Both the position numbers and the translations under genes were made by a program. Below are positions 12,978 through 27,031 of a stretch of DNA of 64,000 bases, piece after piece. Below the pieces are notes generated by a model. The model was not told the origin of the DNA and ran no database searches. It saw nothing but the letters and a program-made list of their open reading frames with translations. The first letter of the stretch is position 1. Every line of letters begins with the position of its first letter. This stretch comes from Octopus vulgaris (lineage: Eukaryota), in the NCBI GenBank assembly GCA_951406725.2, contig OX597819.1:93062001-93126000 (forward strand), written 5' to 3'.

Positions 12978-13640
12978 GAACACAGAAAGGAACAACGAGA
13001 GAAAAAAAACAAGGAGAGAAAATAAAATGTGTGTAGTGGCTACCGATCTATCAAGTATATATATATATATATATATGCAACGACGTATATGTATGTAATG
13101 TATGTATATATGTATGTATGTGTGTGTGTTTGCGTGTTTGTGTTTGTATGTATGTGTGTGTGTAAATACATACATACATATAATATTCGTCTGTGGGAGA
13201 GATGATGACAATCTAATCATCCCAGAAATGACTTGCACGTTAAAAGTGATGAATCGTCGTCCAACGTCGACTTCACTTCTAGTGACAAGACCAGATCAAG
13301 ATGACTGGGGAAGGAGACTGATGCAGTGAATGACATAGCTGTCGTGCTTACATTATGTTGCTCTCTGCAAACCACAATGCGTTTCTGCAAACCGCTTCCA
13401 CACGGTAGAGCCATGAAGGTTTCTGATTCGCCCGTTAATGTCGACCATTTAAAAGACGTAGCATTTTTGACTGGGAAACAGGAAGCGCTCTTGAAGATGG
13501 CTGATCCGTTTTGGAGGCCAAGTAATACACAACCACAACGTTCATTTGTTGCTCAAAGTACCTGCTTACACGTGACGGCAGCGGAGCTTCTGCAAACTCC
13601 TTCAGATGGTGTGTTAAATAAGTTGAAGGTTGTTAAGACA

Positions 13641-13684
<44 letters not shown>

Positions 13685-14523
13685 CATACATACATACATA
13701 CATACATACATACATACATACTTACATACATATATATATATGTATATATATATATGTGTGTATGTGTGTCTGTCTGTCTGTGTATGTGTGCGTGTGTAAT
13801 ATGCACGCATACATGTTTATGAATACATATACTCACCTTCATGCAATTCATGCATGTATATATATATATATATATATATACATACATACATATATCAGTG
13901 TGTATGTATGTATGTATGTCTGCATGCATGTATATATCAGTAGACATTTGCTTGTATCCCTGGTGCGAGTTTAGTCACAAAAATCTGCAATATCTTGAAA
14001 ACAACAATAAAAGGTATAACCAACCACCCGTAAAAATATTTTTAAATATCTACAAAAATATAATTTATTTAGGAAACTTGCCCAATAAAACAATATCATT
14101 ACTTTTATAAGAGCAAGCGAATTTATAAACAAGAAATATACCTTATAATTCGAAGTAATTTTCGCCAAAAAAAATATACATTTTCATTGTATGGAGGTTA
14201 TTTTTCACCCTTTAAAAAGCCGCAAAAATGTTAAATTCTCTATGGAATTATATTTTTAGTTGTCAAAATTTTCACCCTCTCGTGGAAATGTTTCTGTGAT
14301 GAATTGCATTCACGCGACGAAGATTTAATCACGATAAAAATTAAATTTCATATGAATTCCAAGTTTTGTGTCTATTGGTATTCCTTAAATGATTCTTTCA
14401 CGGTTTAGTGGTTACCATTCCAAAACAAGATCTCTGATTAGGTCACTTGCTGGACAATTACATTAGCGAAATTCGGAAACCTCAAGCGAAACGAGAAAAA
14501 AATATTTACGTAATCTATGTTGC

Positions 14524-15088
<565 letters not shown>

Positions 15089-15540
15089 GCTTGAAATTAA
15101 AAATACAAGTGACCAATAGAATTTGAATGACTAAATAAAATGCCCATGATTACAAGAAAATAAAACATAGCGCAATGAAGATATAAAAATGAATGAGCAT
15201 CTACGATATACTGATAAAAATGATAGACAAATAAAAAAAGAATACAAACCTACACAACACATATAAATAAGCGGAAACATTGTCTGTAGTAGTTCTTACC
15301 AGATGTAAGCTAAGACATGGAATCGGAGTTGTGAGAAAGGCTGGTTAAATAATCTGTACATCATACAGCATTTATTGAAGACTCACAGACTCACATGGTA
15401 GAGAGATCAGGAGGGAAATACAAATTCACTCGCCTATATAAATGTAGATATGCTGATTAACTTTTATATGTTCTGATGACGCTTGGTCAGAAATATAAGG
15501 GGTAAGTTTTCCTAGCATCTTTAGATTTATTTATCGGAAT

Positions 15541-15599
15541 ATTATGTTGATGAAGGAAATGAATCTTATGATTCTAATCCAGAAACGTACGTCCATAAT
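15541..15599 (+). ncRNA. Type I hammerhead-ribozyme-like motif
   Basis: ATTATG-TTGATGA-AGGA..GAATC-TTAT-GATTC..TCCA-GAAA-CGTACG-TC-CATAAT: 6-bp stem I, palindromic stem III, GUC triplet, C3U core variant. Confidence 0.7.
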
Positions 15600-15778
15600 T
15601 AATCGAAGACTGTTTGATTTCATTATTTTTCTTCTTTTTTTTTGCCATGTGTGAGTTATAAATATTGTTGACTGTGGAGACATATTTTTGTAGAAAAAGG
15701 AAATAGAAGTCCTTTGACTGCTATTTCTAAAATTTTCGGTATGTGGTCAAGCAACTTGTTGCAAAACCCTTATTGTTA

Positions 15779-15826
<48 letters not shown>

Positions 15827-16860
15827 CATATAATGTAAATACGTGTGTGAGTATGTATGTATTTATTTTTTACATACACAAACGTACGTCTACACATTTA
15901 TATGCACATACTACATACACATCACACTCACACACACACACATACACATCTTAATAATATTAAATCTCTAGAGATGTTTGTGTGTAATCGAAATATCTCA
16001 GAAATAGTATATTTTATCTTAATGTTTTGCATATTTATTTTCATACTTTTGGTAGTACAGTACAAATTTTTGTGATATCTGGACCTCTATCTTAATGAAA
16101 ACGATTAAACACGATTCTTGTTTGTTGTGTCTTGACGAAAAACAAAAAAATGCATCTGTGACGTCAGCACACATACACACATATAATGAATATCATGGCA
16201 TGTCAGTCAACACAAATATACGTCCGCTATTTGTAACATATGCACACACATTATTTTCAAGTGAATGGCGATCGTTCGCTTGTCATCCGGAGTTCGGAAA
16301 TTTCCGTAAATTTCTCTTATATATTTACTTTTGCTTTAAAGGGAAAGAAAGGAGAAAGTGAAAGATATATGTACATGTATATGAAATGAACGTGTGTGTG
16401 TGAAAGAAGGGAAGAGGGGAAGAGAGGGAAAGAGAAGAGAGAGGTTGAGTGAAGGGGTGTGTTGCCATGTATTCGTACATACATCAATACATATGCGTAC
16501 ATCTTTTTTGAAAGTACGTGTGCATATCTGTGTGTGAGAGAAAGAGAGAGTGAACGTGTGTGTTCTCATGTATGTATAAGTGACACACACACACACACAC
16601 TCTCTCTCTATATATATACACACACACGTCTGTTTAATATACATGTTCATTCATCTTTCACTTCCTCCTCTCTTTCGCTTTAAAACAAAAGTAAATAAAT
16701 AAAAACTTTTTATGGAAATTAACGAACAAAACCGGCTGATCCGCATGACAGTTCTGTGAGTCAAAGCCACAGTTCTGAGAGTCAAAGCGACAGATCGCCC
16801 CAAGGAAATACCATTACAAAAAAAATGTTTGGCGTGCATTCAACGTAAGCCAGCTCCAAA

Positions 16861-16974
16861 GATTTGGCTGCTATTTCTAACACACCCTGCTACCACTTAA
16901 CAGGTATTTTGCGATAAAGAACCCGAAATACGTGTTACATGGTAGCGGGATATGCAAGAAATAGCAGCCAAATT
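16861..16974. repeat. Imperfect inverted repeat, arms about 35 bp
   Basis: ATTTGGCTGCTATTTCT..CA...CC.GCTACCA versus TGGTAGCGGGATATGCAAGAAATAGCAGCCAAAT. Confidence 0.75.
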
Positions 16975-19359
16975 TTCCCTTTTCTGGTGGAAAGGAGCCG
17001 TTTACGCATGATTTCGTTGAAAGCATACGAAATATAGTGGAAAAGAAAAAAAACACGAAAAATACTCCGTTGTTGTATGTATCTATATGTGTTTGAGTGC
17101 CCTGTTTTCCAATTTCCTCTCGTTGTTTGCGTATTTAACTTGTTTGCTTTCGTAATTCATGTTGTTTACACAGTTGGTGAGGACCTGTACCCAAATATGC
17201 ATATATATATATATATCAAATCGGTAATAATATATCATTGATGCTGCCAACAATTTAAAGTGTTATACAAAAAATTGTAAGTACTACATTCGCATTCAGA
17301 ATCATTTCTTTGCGTTCATATACACCCATCAGATACATTAGCGCAGTATTATAAATTTGTAGCAGCTCTGGAAAGTAAATTAATCTTAGTGGCTGCATTT
17401 TCGTTCGTTTCTGATTTTGTATTGATATATGCATATCTCTGGTTATAAGCAATGGTAGATGTTCCAAGAACTAGTTCCAATAGCATTGTATTTGTAATTT
17501 TACACCAGTGAATCGGTGAGATTTATGTAAATGTATGCAGACGATTGTGTGTGCATATATTCTTACTTTACTTTCATTTCATATCTCCTCCGCATATTAT
17601 CCTCATCAACGTTAAAGCAATATGCTATCAAACTATATCTATATAAGTTATTTCTCTTTATATTATCCCTACATTCGCTCTTCCGTTTCCAAGGCAACAC
17701 TTTGAAAATTTATTGCACATTAGACTACAATTACATACATCACTCCATTTCTTAACAGCACAGAAGTGCGTTCTATTAGTAATCTGTCGGCCTGTCCAGG
17801 ATCTGTCGGTAGATATTAGGGTGATATGAAACTCTGCGTCTACCAAAATGTATTGAGATCTGAAAACACGCACATGCACATGAACCCGTGTATATATTCA
17901 CGCTAACACACATATTGGTATATATGTGTGCATATAAGCATATCTATGTAATTGTACGTATATGTATATGTTATATATATATAACAGATACCATCAGATA
18001 TCAGATATAATAACATGTAAATAATAGATTTTAACTCCCTTTGCAGAAGTGAAAATCTGGTCATGTATCCAACTCTATTGATGATATTATTAAGCACTGT
18101 GAAAGCAGTATAAGACAACGGTTCTAATTGGAATGCTATTTCTTAGTAGAGGCGCTTACCTGAACTGCCTCAAGAGAAATTTTCTAAACCCTTCTGCCAA
18201 AGACGATGCTTAAAACCCGAATGATTTAATTAGCAATAAGGCTTCCATCTATAGCAGCCTTAAAAGAGGCTCCAAAACGTATTCAGCATTAACGACAATT
18301 TAGAGATTTAAAACACACGCTTCTGTACGAAAGTCTGTTAAATCTAGCAATTAGATTGAAAGGTAAGATCCACAGACGCAGATGTAAATACCTGATCAGT
18401 TTAGACGCATCTACTGTTTCCAGTTTCCCATCAATATCATTTCATTTTATTTCATTATGTTGTTTATATTTATGTGACACTACTTAATCTAGAACCACGA
18501 GGGTAAAAATTTAGATTCCATACAAATTTGATTCGGAATGGTCTGGAACCACCTGCTGATTTGTGACGTATCTGTCAACATTGACATCAGTGCTAACTTT
18601 TTGAATATTCATGCTACAGCTAATCTTAGCTTGACTAATTAATGTGATCGTAGATTTATGGCCTAAATTATCCTACTGGGTATTAAGAATAAAATTTGGC
18701 TGGAAGCGCTCTCAGATTTCCTTCACTTAAATATACCTGTGACGATCAACCCACTTATTTCACCCACATAACGCAATAACATATAACTTAAACATACATA
18801 TGGATGTGTGTGTGTATGTGAGTGTGTGTGAGTGTGTGTGTATGTATGTGTGTGTAGTTTTATCGCTAATATGTTGTTGATTTATAAAGAGAAATTATAT
18901 TTAATGCTAAAGACGGTAATGTTCTGAAACAGTGACCTGTTATTTAGCATACATGCATAGACACTTATACGCACTCACACACACGTATAAAATCACACAT
19001 ACATACATGCATACATATATACATAAATACATACATGCATAAAAACATATACACATACACACACATATACACATACATGCATACATACATACATATATAC
19101 ATGCATACATACATACACACATATATACACATAAATACATACATGCATGCATACATACATGCATATATACACACACCCTCACACACACGCATATACATCT
19201 ATCCATTCATCCACCCATCTATCCACACATACATACATACATACATACATACATACATACATACATACATACATACATACACACATACATTCATACGTAT
19301 GTACGTACATAATGGATTAAAGAAAATTTGGACCTCAGAACTCTGCTTTCAATAAAACA

Positions 19360-19690
19360 TTGGCCCACAACGTGTTTGCAGTGCCAATACTTATACCAGC
19401 ATTTGGGCTGCTTGATTGGACGCGTGATGAAATCCGAGTCATTGATGCGAAAACCAGAAAAATACTAACAAGCACACATAATTTCTACATGAACAGTGGC
19501 GTAGGCCACCTCTGCCTAAAATGAAAACAGAGACGTAACATCGATCTGAAATGCCTTTGAATGTCGTATCATATCCCTTCGGCATCATCTTTTAACCCTA
19601 ACCCTAACCCTAACCAAATGTCGGCATCCTTTGACCAAGTTTGCATATATGATCCTGATAAAATCATAGGACTTAGATGGCAAGAGTTCA
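19360..19690 (+). mobile_element. R4/Dong-like retrotransposon fragment (post-RT region)
   Basis: Translates FAVPILIPAFGLLDWTRDEIRVIDAKTRKILT, homologous to the AIPIISYSYNILNWT...DRKTRK region of the adjacent element. Confidence 0.65.
19593..19615 (-). repeat. Interstitial telomeric repeat (TTAGGG)x~4
   Basis: TAACCCTAACCCTAACCCTAACC on the + strand. Confidence 0.9.
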
Positions 19691-19694
19691 TGCG

Positions 19695-21638
19695 GTTGTA
19701 AAGATCAACAGCTGATCAATAAAGCCATAACACTGAAGACAGCCGCAGTAAAAAGATGTCTAAATATGGTCTGGATCGATTACCGAAAAGTTTTTGATAG
19801 TATTGATAGTATTCTCCATACATGAATCCTAGAAACACTAGCCGTGAACAATGTAGCGCCTATAATCATAAAATATAGTTTTAAAATTCTGTGAAGGAAT
19901 GGCAGACAGTGCTACGGCTCCAGACAAAAGAGGGACTTATAACAACGAAAGCCATCCCCATTAGAAGAGAAATATTCCAGGCAGACACACTCTCTCCACT
20001 ACTTTTCTACTTGACACTGACACCTTTATCTGACTTGGTAAACAGAACTGGATGTGGATACAACTGTTACAGCAAAACAATCAATCACTTCTTATATATG
20101 GATGATCTAAAACTGTGCGCTAAAAATGATTAACAGCTGGAAACACTACAGATAGTACATGGATTTACCAAAGAAATAAACATGAAATTTGCCTTAGGAA
20201 AATGTGCCAAAGCAACCTTGAAAAGAGGAAAACTAGTTAAGTATAGCAACACTAGATAAAGCAAATGAAATAAAAGAATTAGACCAAAACCAGGTATGCA
20301 ACTACTTAGGAATCTATGAAGTAGATACGATGCAACACACACAAATGAAAGAAAAGATAAGAAAAGAATACTTTAGGCGAGTTAGATTAATACTGAAAAC
20401 AGAGCTCAATTAGAAAAACAAGATAATAGCTATCAACACTGTAGCCATTCCAATTATAAGTTACAGCTACAATATTCTTAACTGGACTCTAAATAAATAA
20501 ATCAAACAAGACAGGAAAACAAGAAAAGTAATGACAGGATTTAGGCTGCACCACCCAAAATCTGACATAGAAAGGTTATATATACAGCGTATCGAGGGTG
20601 GTAGAGACCTTATTACTTCAGAAGCAAGGAAGACTAATACGAATAGCCATAAAACACGAACAAAACAAAAAAAATGCTTTCAGTCTTTAAGGAAGCTGAC
20701 AAATGCAAAAAAGAAGTCATAGTACCTAACAATTAAGAAAAAGAAGAAACAATAAAAGCTTTAAGACAACTGACAGCCAAACTAAAACTGGAACAGCAAC
20801 GGATCATGATAAAACGATGTCAAGGAAGCCCCTTCGTAGCAAATGCTGGGTTAAACTAAACAGAAAATAGACAAAGCAAAATCTCAACAATGGCTGAGAA
20901 GCTCAGGACACAAAGCAGAGATGAAGGATTTTTAATTGTGGCACCAGAAATTAGCAAAAACATGTAATGAAAATAAATACAACCAGTAACTGCAGAATAT
21001 GTGGAGATGGACAAGAAACAATAAATAAATCTCTGGCTGCCCAGTCCTGATTAAAAGGAATATATTCACAGACACGACAGAGATGGGACCTATATACAAT
21101 TATATACACTGGAAGCTATGCCAATACTATGGAATAACAACAGAAAAAGATGGTATAGGCACACGCCAGAAAATGCCACAGAAAATGAGAAAGTAACCAT
21201 ACTATAGAATATGCCAGTACTCACAGATAGAGAAATTAAGGTCAGTAAGCCGGATATATTAGTCAAAGGTCACCAAGAAAAAATGCTTTCTAATCGATGA
21301 CAATATTTCTATTAAAGAAACGGAGAAACATTCAAAATACAAAGTCCAGGAAACAGAAGTAATTCGAATGTGGAGTCTAAAAACAGAAACAATCGCTATC
21401 ATAGTAGATGCATTAGGTATGATAAAAAAAATGCAAACAAATACATAACAAAAACACCAGGACTAACAAGTATAAATAACATACAGAAAATAGCACTACT
21501 AGGCGCCGTACATATAATGCGTGAAGCACTTTCAATGCAGTAAAAACAGGAACATCACAACAAACCACAGAACATACCCTAGGCACTCAGAACCTGCGCT
21601 CGGTAGTGCAATGAAAGCACGTGATAAAAATAAGACTA

Positions 21639-21641
<3 letters not shown>
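19695..21641 (+). mobile_element. R4/Dong-clade non-LTR retrotransposon (RT, CCHC, restriction-like endonuclease), 5'-truncated and decayed
   Basis: GCKDQ.LI, WIDYRKVFDS, IFQADTLSPLLF, HFLYMDDLKL, KFALGKCA, HHPKSDIERLY...GGR, CRICG...ETI..SGCP..YIHRHD, TDREIKVSKPDI, MWSLKTETIAIIVDALG. The 3' end abuts (AAT)n at 21642. Confidence 0.9.
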
Positions 21642-21712
<71 letters not shown>

Positions 21713-21725
21713 TGAGGATGAAGTA

Positions 21726-22165
21726 TTGGTATACAGCAAATATTCTGCTCAATACCACAGCTTTGTTTGTCAGTTGCTTAACCATAACCAGTTGAACATG
21801 TCGTTTGGTGGTTGACGATGTGTGCATCTCTGATCACGATCTAAAGTTGGGGAGTGAGGAATTCTTTAAGGTTTGGATAATTCACCTTTGAAAACATGGA
21901 TGCTTTGTTCAACATCCTTAAACAACCCTTATTCAGGGACCTTTTGAGTGGAAATGGGCTACTCGACCTGCAGAAAATTCTAACTGGGCCCTACCTGCAA
22001 GGTTATGCGCTATTTATCCTGATATGAGTTCACTATGTCGCGCACATATGTTTGTGATGCATGTGCTTGGTGTAACCTTATCAGACGGTTAGTCATGATG
22101 TGTATACTGGGTTTCGTATATTTTGCCCCAGTGTCACTTTGATAGTATGCACTGCTCTCTCACTC
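21726..22165 (+). mobile_element. (AAT)n-embedded non-coding retroposon, longest copy
   Basis: Shares its 3' 200 bp with 14708-14910 and its terminal 42 bp with 34300-34341. Follows the AAT array after the Dong element. Confidence 0.8.
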
Positions 22166-22305
22166 AATGAAAATGATAATAATAAACGAGACGAACGTAC
22201 TTTGTGGTATATCTACAAATATTTCCTTAGGAAATTTTATTGTGACATAACATTATACAAACAGGCATGTTCAGACGTGTAATATCTTGAAGATTATGCA
22301 ATGCA

Positions 22306-22525
22306 TTACATTGAAGCTCTCATAATTTAAACAGCTAAATAATGACACGCTACTAGGCTGAGGTACATAGCATATGAAAAATCAAAGGAACAATATATTA
22401 CTCATTCAAATGTTATTCGTTTGAGTCTTCATAGTCTGTTGTGTACCTCAACGTGGTAGCTTATCATTATTTACCTGTTTAAATTATGGTATATAGAAAA
22501 GAATTGTGAGCTTCAGTTTAATGTA
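22306..22525. repeat. Degenerate fold-back palindrome, arms about 100 bp
   Basis: TGAAGCTC..CATAATTTAAACAGCTAAATAATGA..GCTAC..TGAGGTACA versus TGTACCTCA..GTAGC..TCATTATTTACCTGTTTAAATTATG..GAGCTTCA. Confidence 0.75.
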
Positions 22526-23196
22526 TAGCTTACTTAGTCTTGTAGACGTTGGAGGTCTGTAAACGACTGCTTGTATGTTGTAGAAAATGAAAGGAGCATT
22601 AAAGAAATCTTCTAAGAATGCAGGAAGTTTTACGAAAAAGAAAATAAATATGTAATTCAGGCGTAAATGTCTATCTTCAGAAGCAAGCAGTCCAAGAAAT
22701 ATGTATTTACATCAATTTCGTTATTTTCGTTTCAACTGCTCGGCGTTTAGGTTAGTAGCAACAACTCCCCAATTGTTGGTGCAAGCATTTCTCTAACTGT
22801 TGGTCGTGGTCGTTTTGAAGTATTTTCAGGTGGTGGTAGATGGTGGTAGATGGTGTTGGTGACGTATTTATATGACGTCATATAACAATCACGTTTCTTA
22901 ATGAACCATTTGTTGATATACCATAAAATCCATTTGTAGTTAATATTGTTATATTATGCTACGCTTCAAGTCTCATTTAAATTTAGATATTCTCGGAATT
23001 TGCGAAGTACTAAATACCACTGATGCTCCCCTTTGCTAACTGAAAGGATTGTTTTATGTTGTTTTATGTCATATTGTCTAGCCATCATACGCGATGTGCT
23101 TTCACTTTTGATCTGCCTCGATCTATTCAATAAAGCCTATATATAAGTGGGTGTGTGAGTATGTGTGTGTAAATGTGCGTGCGTATGTATGTATGA

Positions 23197-23247
<51 letters not shown>

Positions 23248-24374
23248 TATACGCACACATACATACGGATTTGTATTATATATAATATTACTCATATATA
23301 TTATATATATATATATAATATTTATATGTGTGTGTGTGTAAATATAGATGTGGTTTATAAAATATGTATTTCTTTAACATCAATTAGGCATGCCGTGTTG
23401 TGGGCAAATATATATTTACCACCGAACAACTGCAGATATATACTAATATAGTTACACTGCTTGCACTTAGCATTGCTAAATTCAATCAGATGAAATTAAA
23501 AACAGAATTTGCGGAACGGAACACCATATATCATTCAATATATTTTTCACCTGCTCTATGAGAAGTCGAATATATCTGTGCGTGTGTTTGGAGGAAGAGA
23601 GTATTTATATGTGTCTGAGTGTGTGTGTAGAGAGAGAGAGAGAGAAAGAGAGAGTGAGAGAAAGAGAGAGAGAGACAGAGAGAGAGAGAACGTGTGTGTA
23701 TGTGTGCATATGTGTGTTTGTGTGTGCAAATAGTTACAGCTAACATTCATATGAAAATAATTACATCACGGCGAAAATGCTCGTACATTATCACGCTTCC
23801 GTGTATGTGCATACGGGGTGCTTAATGGCGTATCGGAATCATGCCTATATATATATAATTATATAAAGTTTATCTTATTGCAGTGTGAGTCAAGTCTGAT
23901 ATATAACAGTTGATTAATGGTCCAACCAACGTCTAGTTTTGCTCAGCTGTGATTTAAGAGAAAATATTCCAATGGAACAGATGTTATTTTTCATGACATT
24001 TAGATTTACCTGCACCCGTTTACATGATATTTTGCACCAGAAAACACCCGATTCATAAATGTGTTTGTGCCTTATGTGATTACAGTTTTTAAAGAAGATA
24101 CAGACGCCTTCGTAAAAATGTGTGAATGCTTGTGTCTCTGCGTGCCTGGGAGTGTGTACGTGTCGTTATTTTAGATGTGTGTTTATTTACAAATACGTGT
24201 TTAATATGTTTTGTACATAAACAGGTGTATGCTAGCCAATACATCTATAAGCACATTACAGAAACATATGTACGCATACCCATACATATGTATAATTGTT
24301 CACAATTGTATGCATGTATACATACATATAGATATATATATACGGGGGGTAGCTAGCTACCTAGGTTCATTGAT

Positions 24375-24375
24375 T

Positions 24376-24446
<71 letters not shown>
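24375..24446. repeat. (GATA)n microsatellite
   Basis: Directly visible. Confidence 0.97.
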
Positions 24447-24888
24447 GTGGGTGGCAGGGTTGACTCATGTAGGCTGGTCCATAGATCGAATGATAAACTG
24501 ATTGGTTTTGATTGATAGATTCCTTAAGACGTAATTAGCTAGATAGGTACATGGGGTGAATGGTTGAATAGTTAGGTGGACAGACGAATGGATATACAAA
24601 CTTCGAGAAAATGAGAGATTGATAGCTAAAATCATAGATAATTAAACAGATTGAAAAATCGACTGATAGATACATAAATAGATAGTTATTGTACCAATTC
24701 AATGAACTTTCGGAGAAAAAGTAAAAGAAACTACAGAAGAGGAAGAAAAAAAATCAGAAAAATATTTTAATAAATTTCTTTCAGATTGCAGTTAGTTTAA
24801 TTCTCTGGAATTTAAATTACATGGAAAAAAAAAATCATAAGATATTTAAGCTAATATTGAAATGATATACAATCTTTAGTGTACAAAT

Positions 24889-24892
<4 letters not shown>

Positions 24893-24980
<88 letters not shown>

Positions 24981-25000
24981 CTCTCTCTCTCTCTCTCTCT
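24893..25000. repeat. (CT)n microsatellite
   Basis: Directly visible. Confidence 0.97.
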
Positions 25001-25824
25001 TTCTCCTTCTCTTTCTCTCTGTTTATGTATTGCTTTCTCTACATCCCAATATTATGTCCCCTTCTTCACTCGCTCTTCCTCTCTGCTTCTGGTTCTTTCT
25101 TCAATCAGCTTACTTCTTCTGTGTATATCATCATTAATATGTTTTAATATGCGTTTGTGTATGCTTATAAACTAATATGTTAGTGCTGCGATTATGAATA
25201 AAAATGAATATTAATCTGACATTTCTACTCAACAGTATATGTATGTGTGCGTTTGTTTGTTTGTGTGAGAGAGTGAGAGAGAGTGTGTGTGCGTGTGTGC
25301 GTGTATACATGTATGGATATTGACATATGTACATATAAATGTGTGTGTGTATACAATACATGCAAACATATATACATACATACTTAATCATATCAAAGGT
25401 TTTGCAGTAGTGAAAAGTGTATGCCTGTATATATGTGTACATGAACTATCGTCTGTAATTGCAAGTCAATGTGTCTGTACCTCTATTTATCATTGCAAGT
25501 ACATTGCGCAACTATATACCTTGAAGCTATGCAGTGGACCTTTCAGGCTTAAAATTTTTCTTTTAATGCGGCTAATATTTGTTTACAACTGCAACAGTTT
25601 CTGTGCAATGAGAGAAAACAGGTTTCAGCAGAGAATTTCAAACTGCAATGAGGTTATATAGAAAACATTTGGTATGTTGCTAAGTTCAGTATGATTGTAG
25701 AAAGGTGCAATACACTCAAAAACTTTAAATGAGAATTTCCGGTTGCATCCTGAAATGTTTTGTGTGTTCTATTCAGAAATATCAGTTTATCTCTCAGAAG
25801 TATACTTTTTTTTATTGTATACTG

Positions 25825-26000
25825 GGAAAAATGTTTGGTGGCATTTCATCTGAACGTCTAAGTTCAAATTCTGCCGAGGTCGACTATGCCTTTCATGCTT
25901 TTGGGATTGGGGATATAAATGCGAGTTGAGTACTGGTTTTAGTGTAATGGACTAAGCTCCCTCTTACACATTTCAGACCTTGTGCCTATAATACAAAGCA
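25825..26000 (+). mobile_element. SINE family B, diverged
   Basis: AGTTCAAATTCTGCCGAGGTCGACTATGCCTTTCAT...CCTTGTGCCTA. Confidence 0.75.
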
Positions 26001-26193
26001 TTATTGTAGATGCCGAGTTTTATTATTGTAAGTATATTTGGACCGATAGTGGGCTTGAGCAATCAGTTTATACTGAGTAAAACCTGATAACCTTTTGATC
26101 TAGCAAGTGGGGGTCTCATTTCAGTGATGCGGGAGGATCAAATACGGAACATCTCAGCTACAATGTAAACTTCTAAACAGTTCGTTCACATTA

Positions 26194-27031
26194 CAGGGTG
26201 CTCGGGATAAACGTGGCAATATTTTTTTCAGTCTTACGTTGATGTTTTGGTGAACTGTCAAAAGCATTGGAGAGCATAAACATAAAAGTTTCGTTTAGAA
26301 AAAGTTAGCTGATATGGAAAACTAAAAGTATCTGAACATTGGGAAAGGGTTACGCTACGCGTATCTTGTTAAAATGCCAACATCAGGACTGCTTCTGAAT
26401 GCTCCGTGAACACTGTAAAATCTGTAAGACGGGAGATGCACAGCTGCAACGAAGACTTACGAGATGATAACTAGCAGGAATGGAGACAGCAAACGTTCTG
26501 ACTACGTTACACACGCCGGAACAGCGCCTTGGGTTTCATTCACGCTGTTACATGAAGCTTCCGGAGACTATAGTCAATCCCTGGCTGGAGAATATTGCTA
26601 CTAGAAATCCAGTGTTGGGCTGCAGGATTCGTCTCCTGGCCATACCTGCAGAAAGAGTCAGAAGCAGTCGTCGGATAATTTCTAGAGCTTCACCAGCCCC
26701 CAATTGCTGGTCTCCTAATTCTTCAAATTGCAATCCCGTGGATTACAATGTGTGGGGTGCAGTTGAGAAAAGCACAACTGCTCTGCCTGCAACACCAAAG
26801 CAGAGCTGATGACCAAGATCAGGGAGCTGTTTGAATAACTTCCCACAGACAAAGTGAGGAAAGTATGCGGTAGGTTCCGAAAGCATCCTGAAGACGCGAT
26901 AGAAGTTGCGGGCGGCTACTTTTAACTGTTTTCTCCAAACCAAAATCTAGCTGACATTTTTTTTTAAATGCTTTATTATTGTAATTTATTTTCCTTTTAT
27001 GCAAACTGTGAAATTTATCCCGAACACCCTG
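26194..27031 (+). mobile_element. Tc1/mariner-superfamily transposon, DD37D (maT) type, internally deleted and decayed
   Basis: TIRs CAGGGTG(C/T)TCGGGATAAA with TA at 26192-93 and 27032-33. Transposase remnant QDSSPGH...WSPNSSNCNPVDYNVWGAVE has 37 codons plus a 1-nt insertion between D(26626) and D(26741). Confidence 0.88.

Noticed and set aside
13195-13642. Complex sequence with a 157-aa ORF
   Set aside because: No recognisable motif and the ORF runs into a microsatellite; probably an unclassified repeat fragment.
16748-16795. 21-bp direct repeat ACAGTTCTG(T/A)GAGTCAAAGC
   Set aside because: Only about two units with no spacers; a local duplication, not CRISPR.
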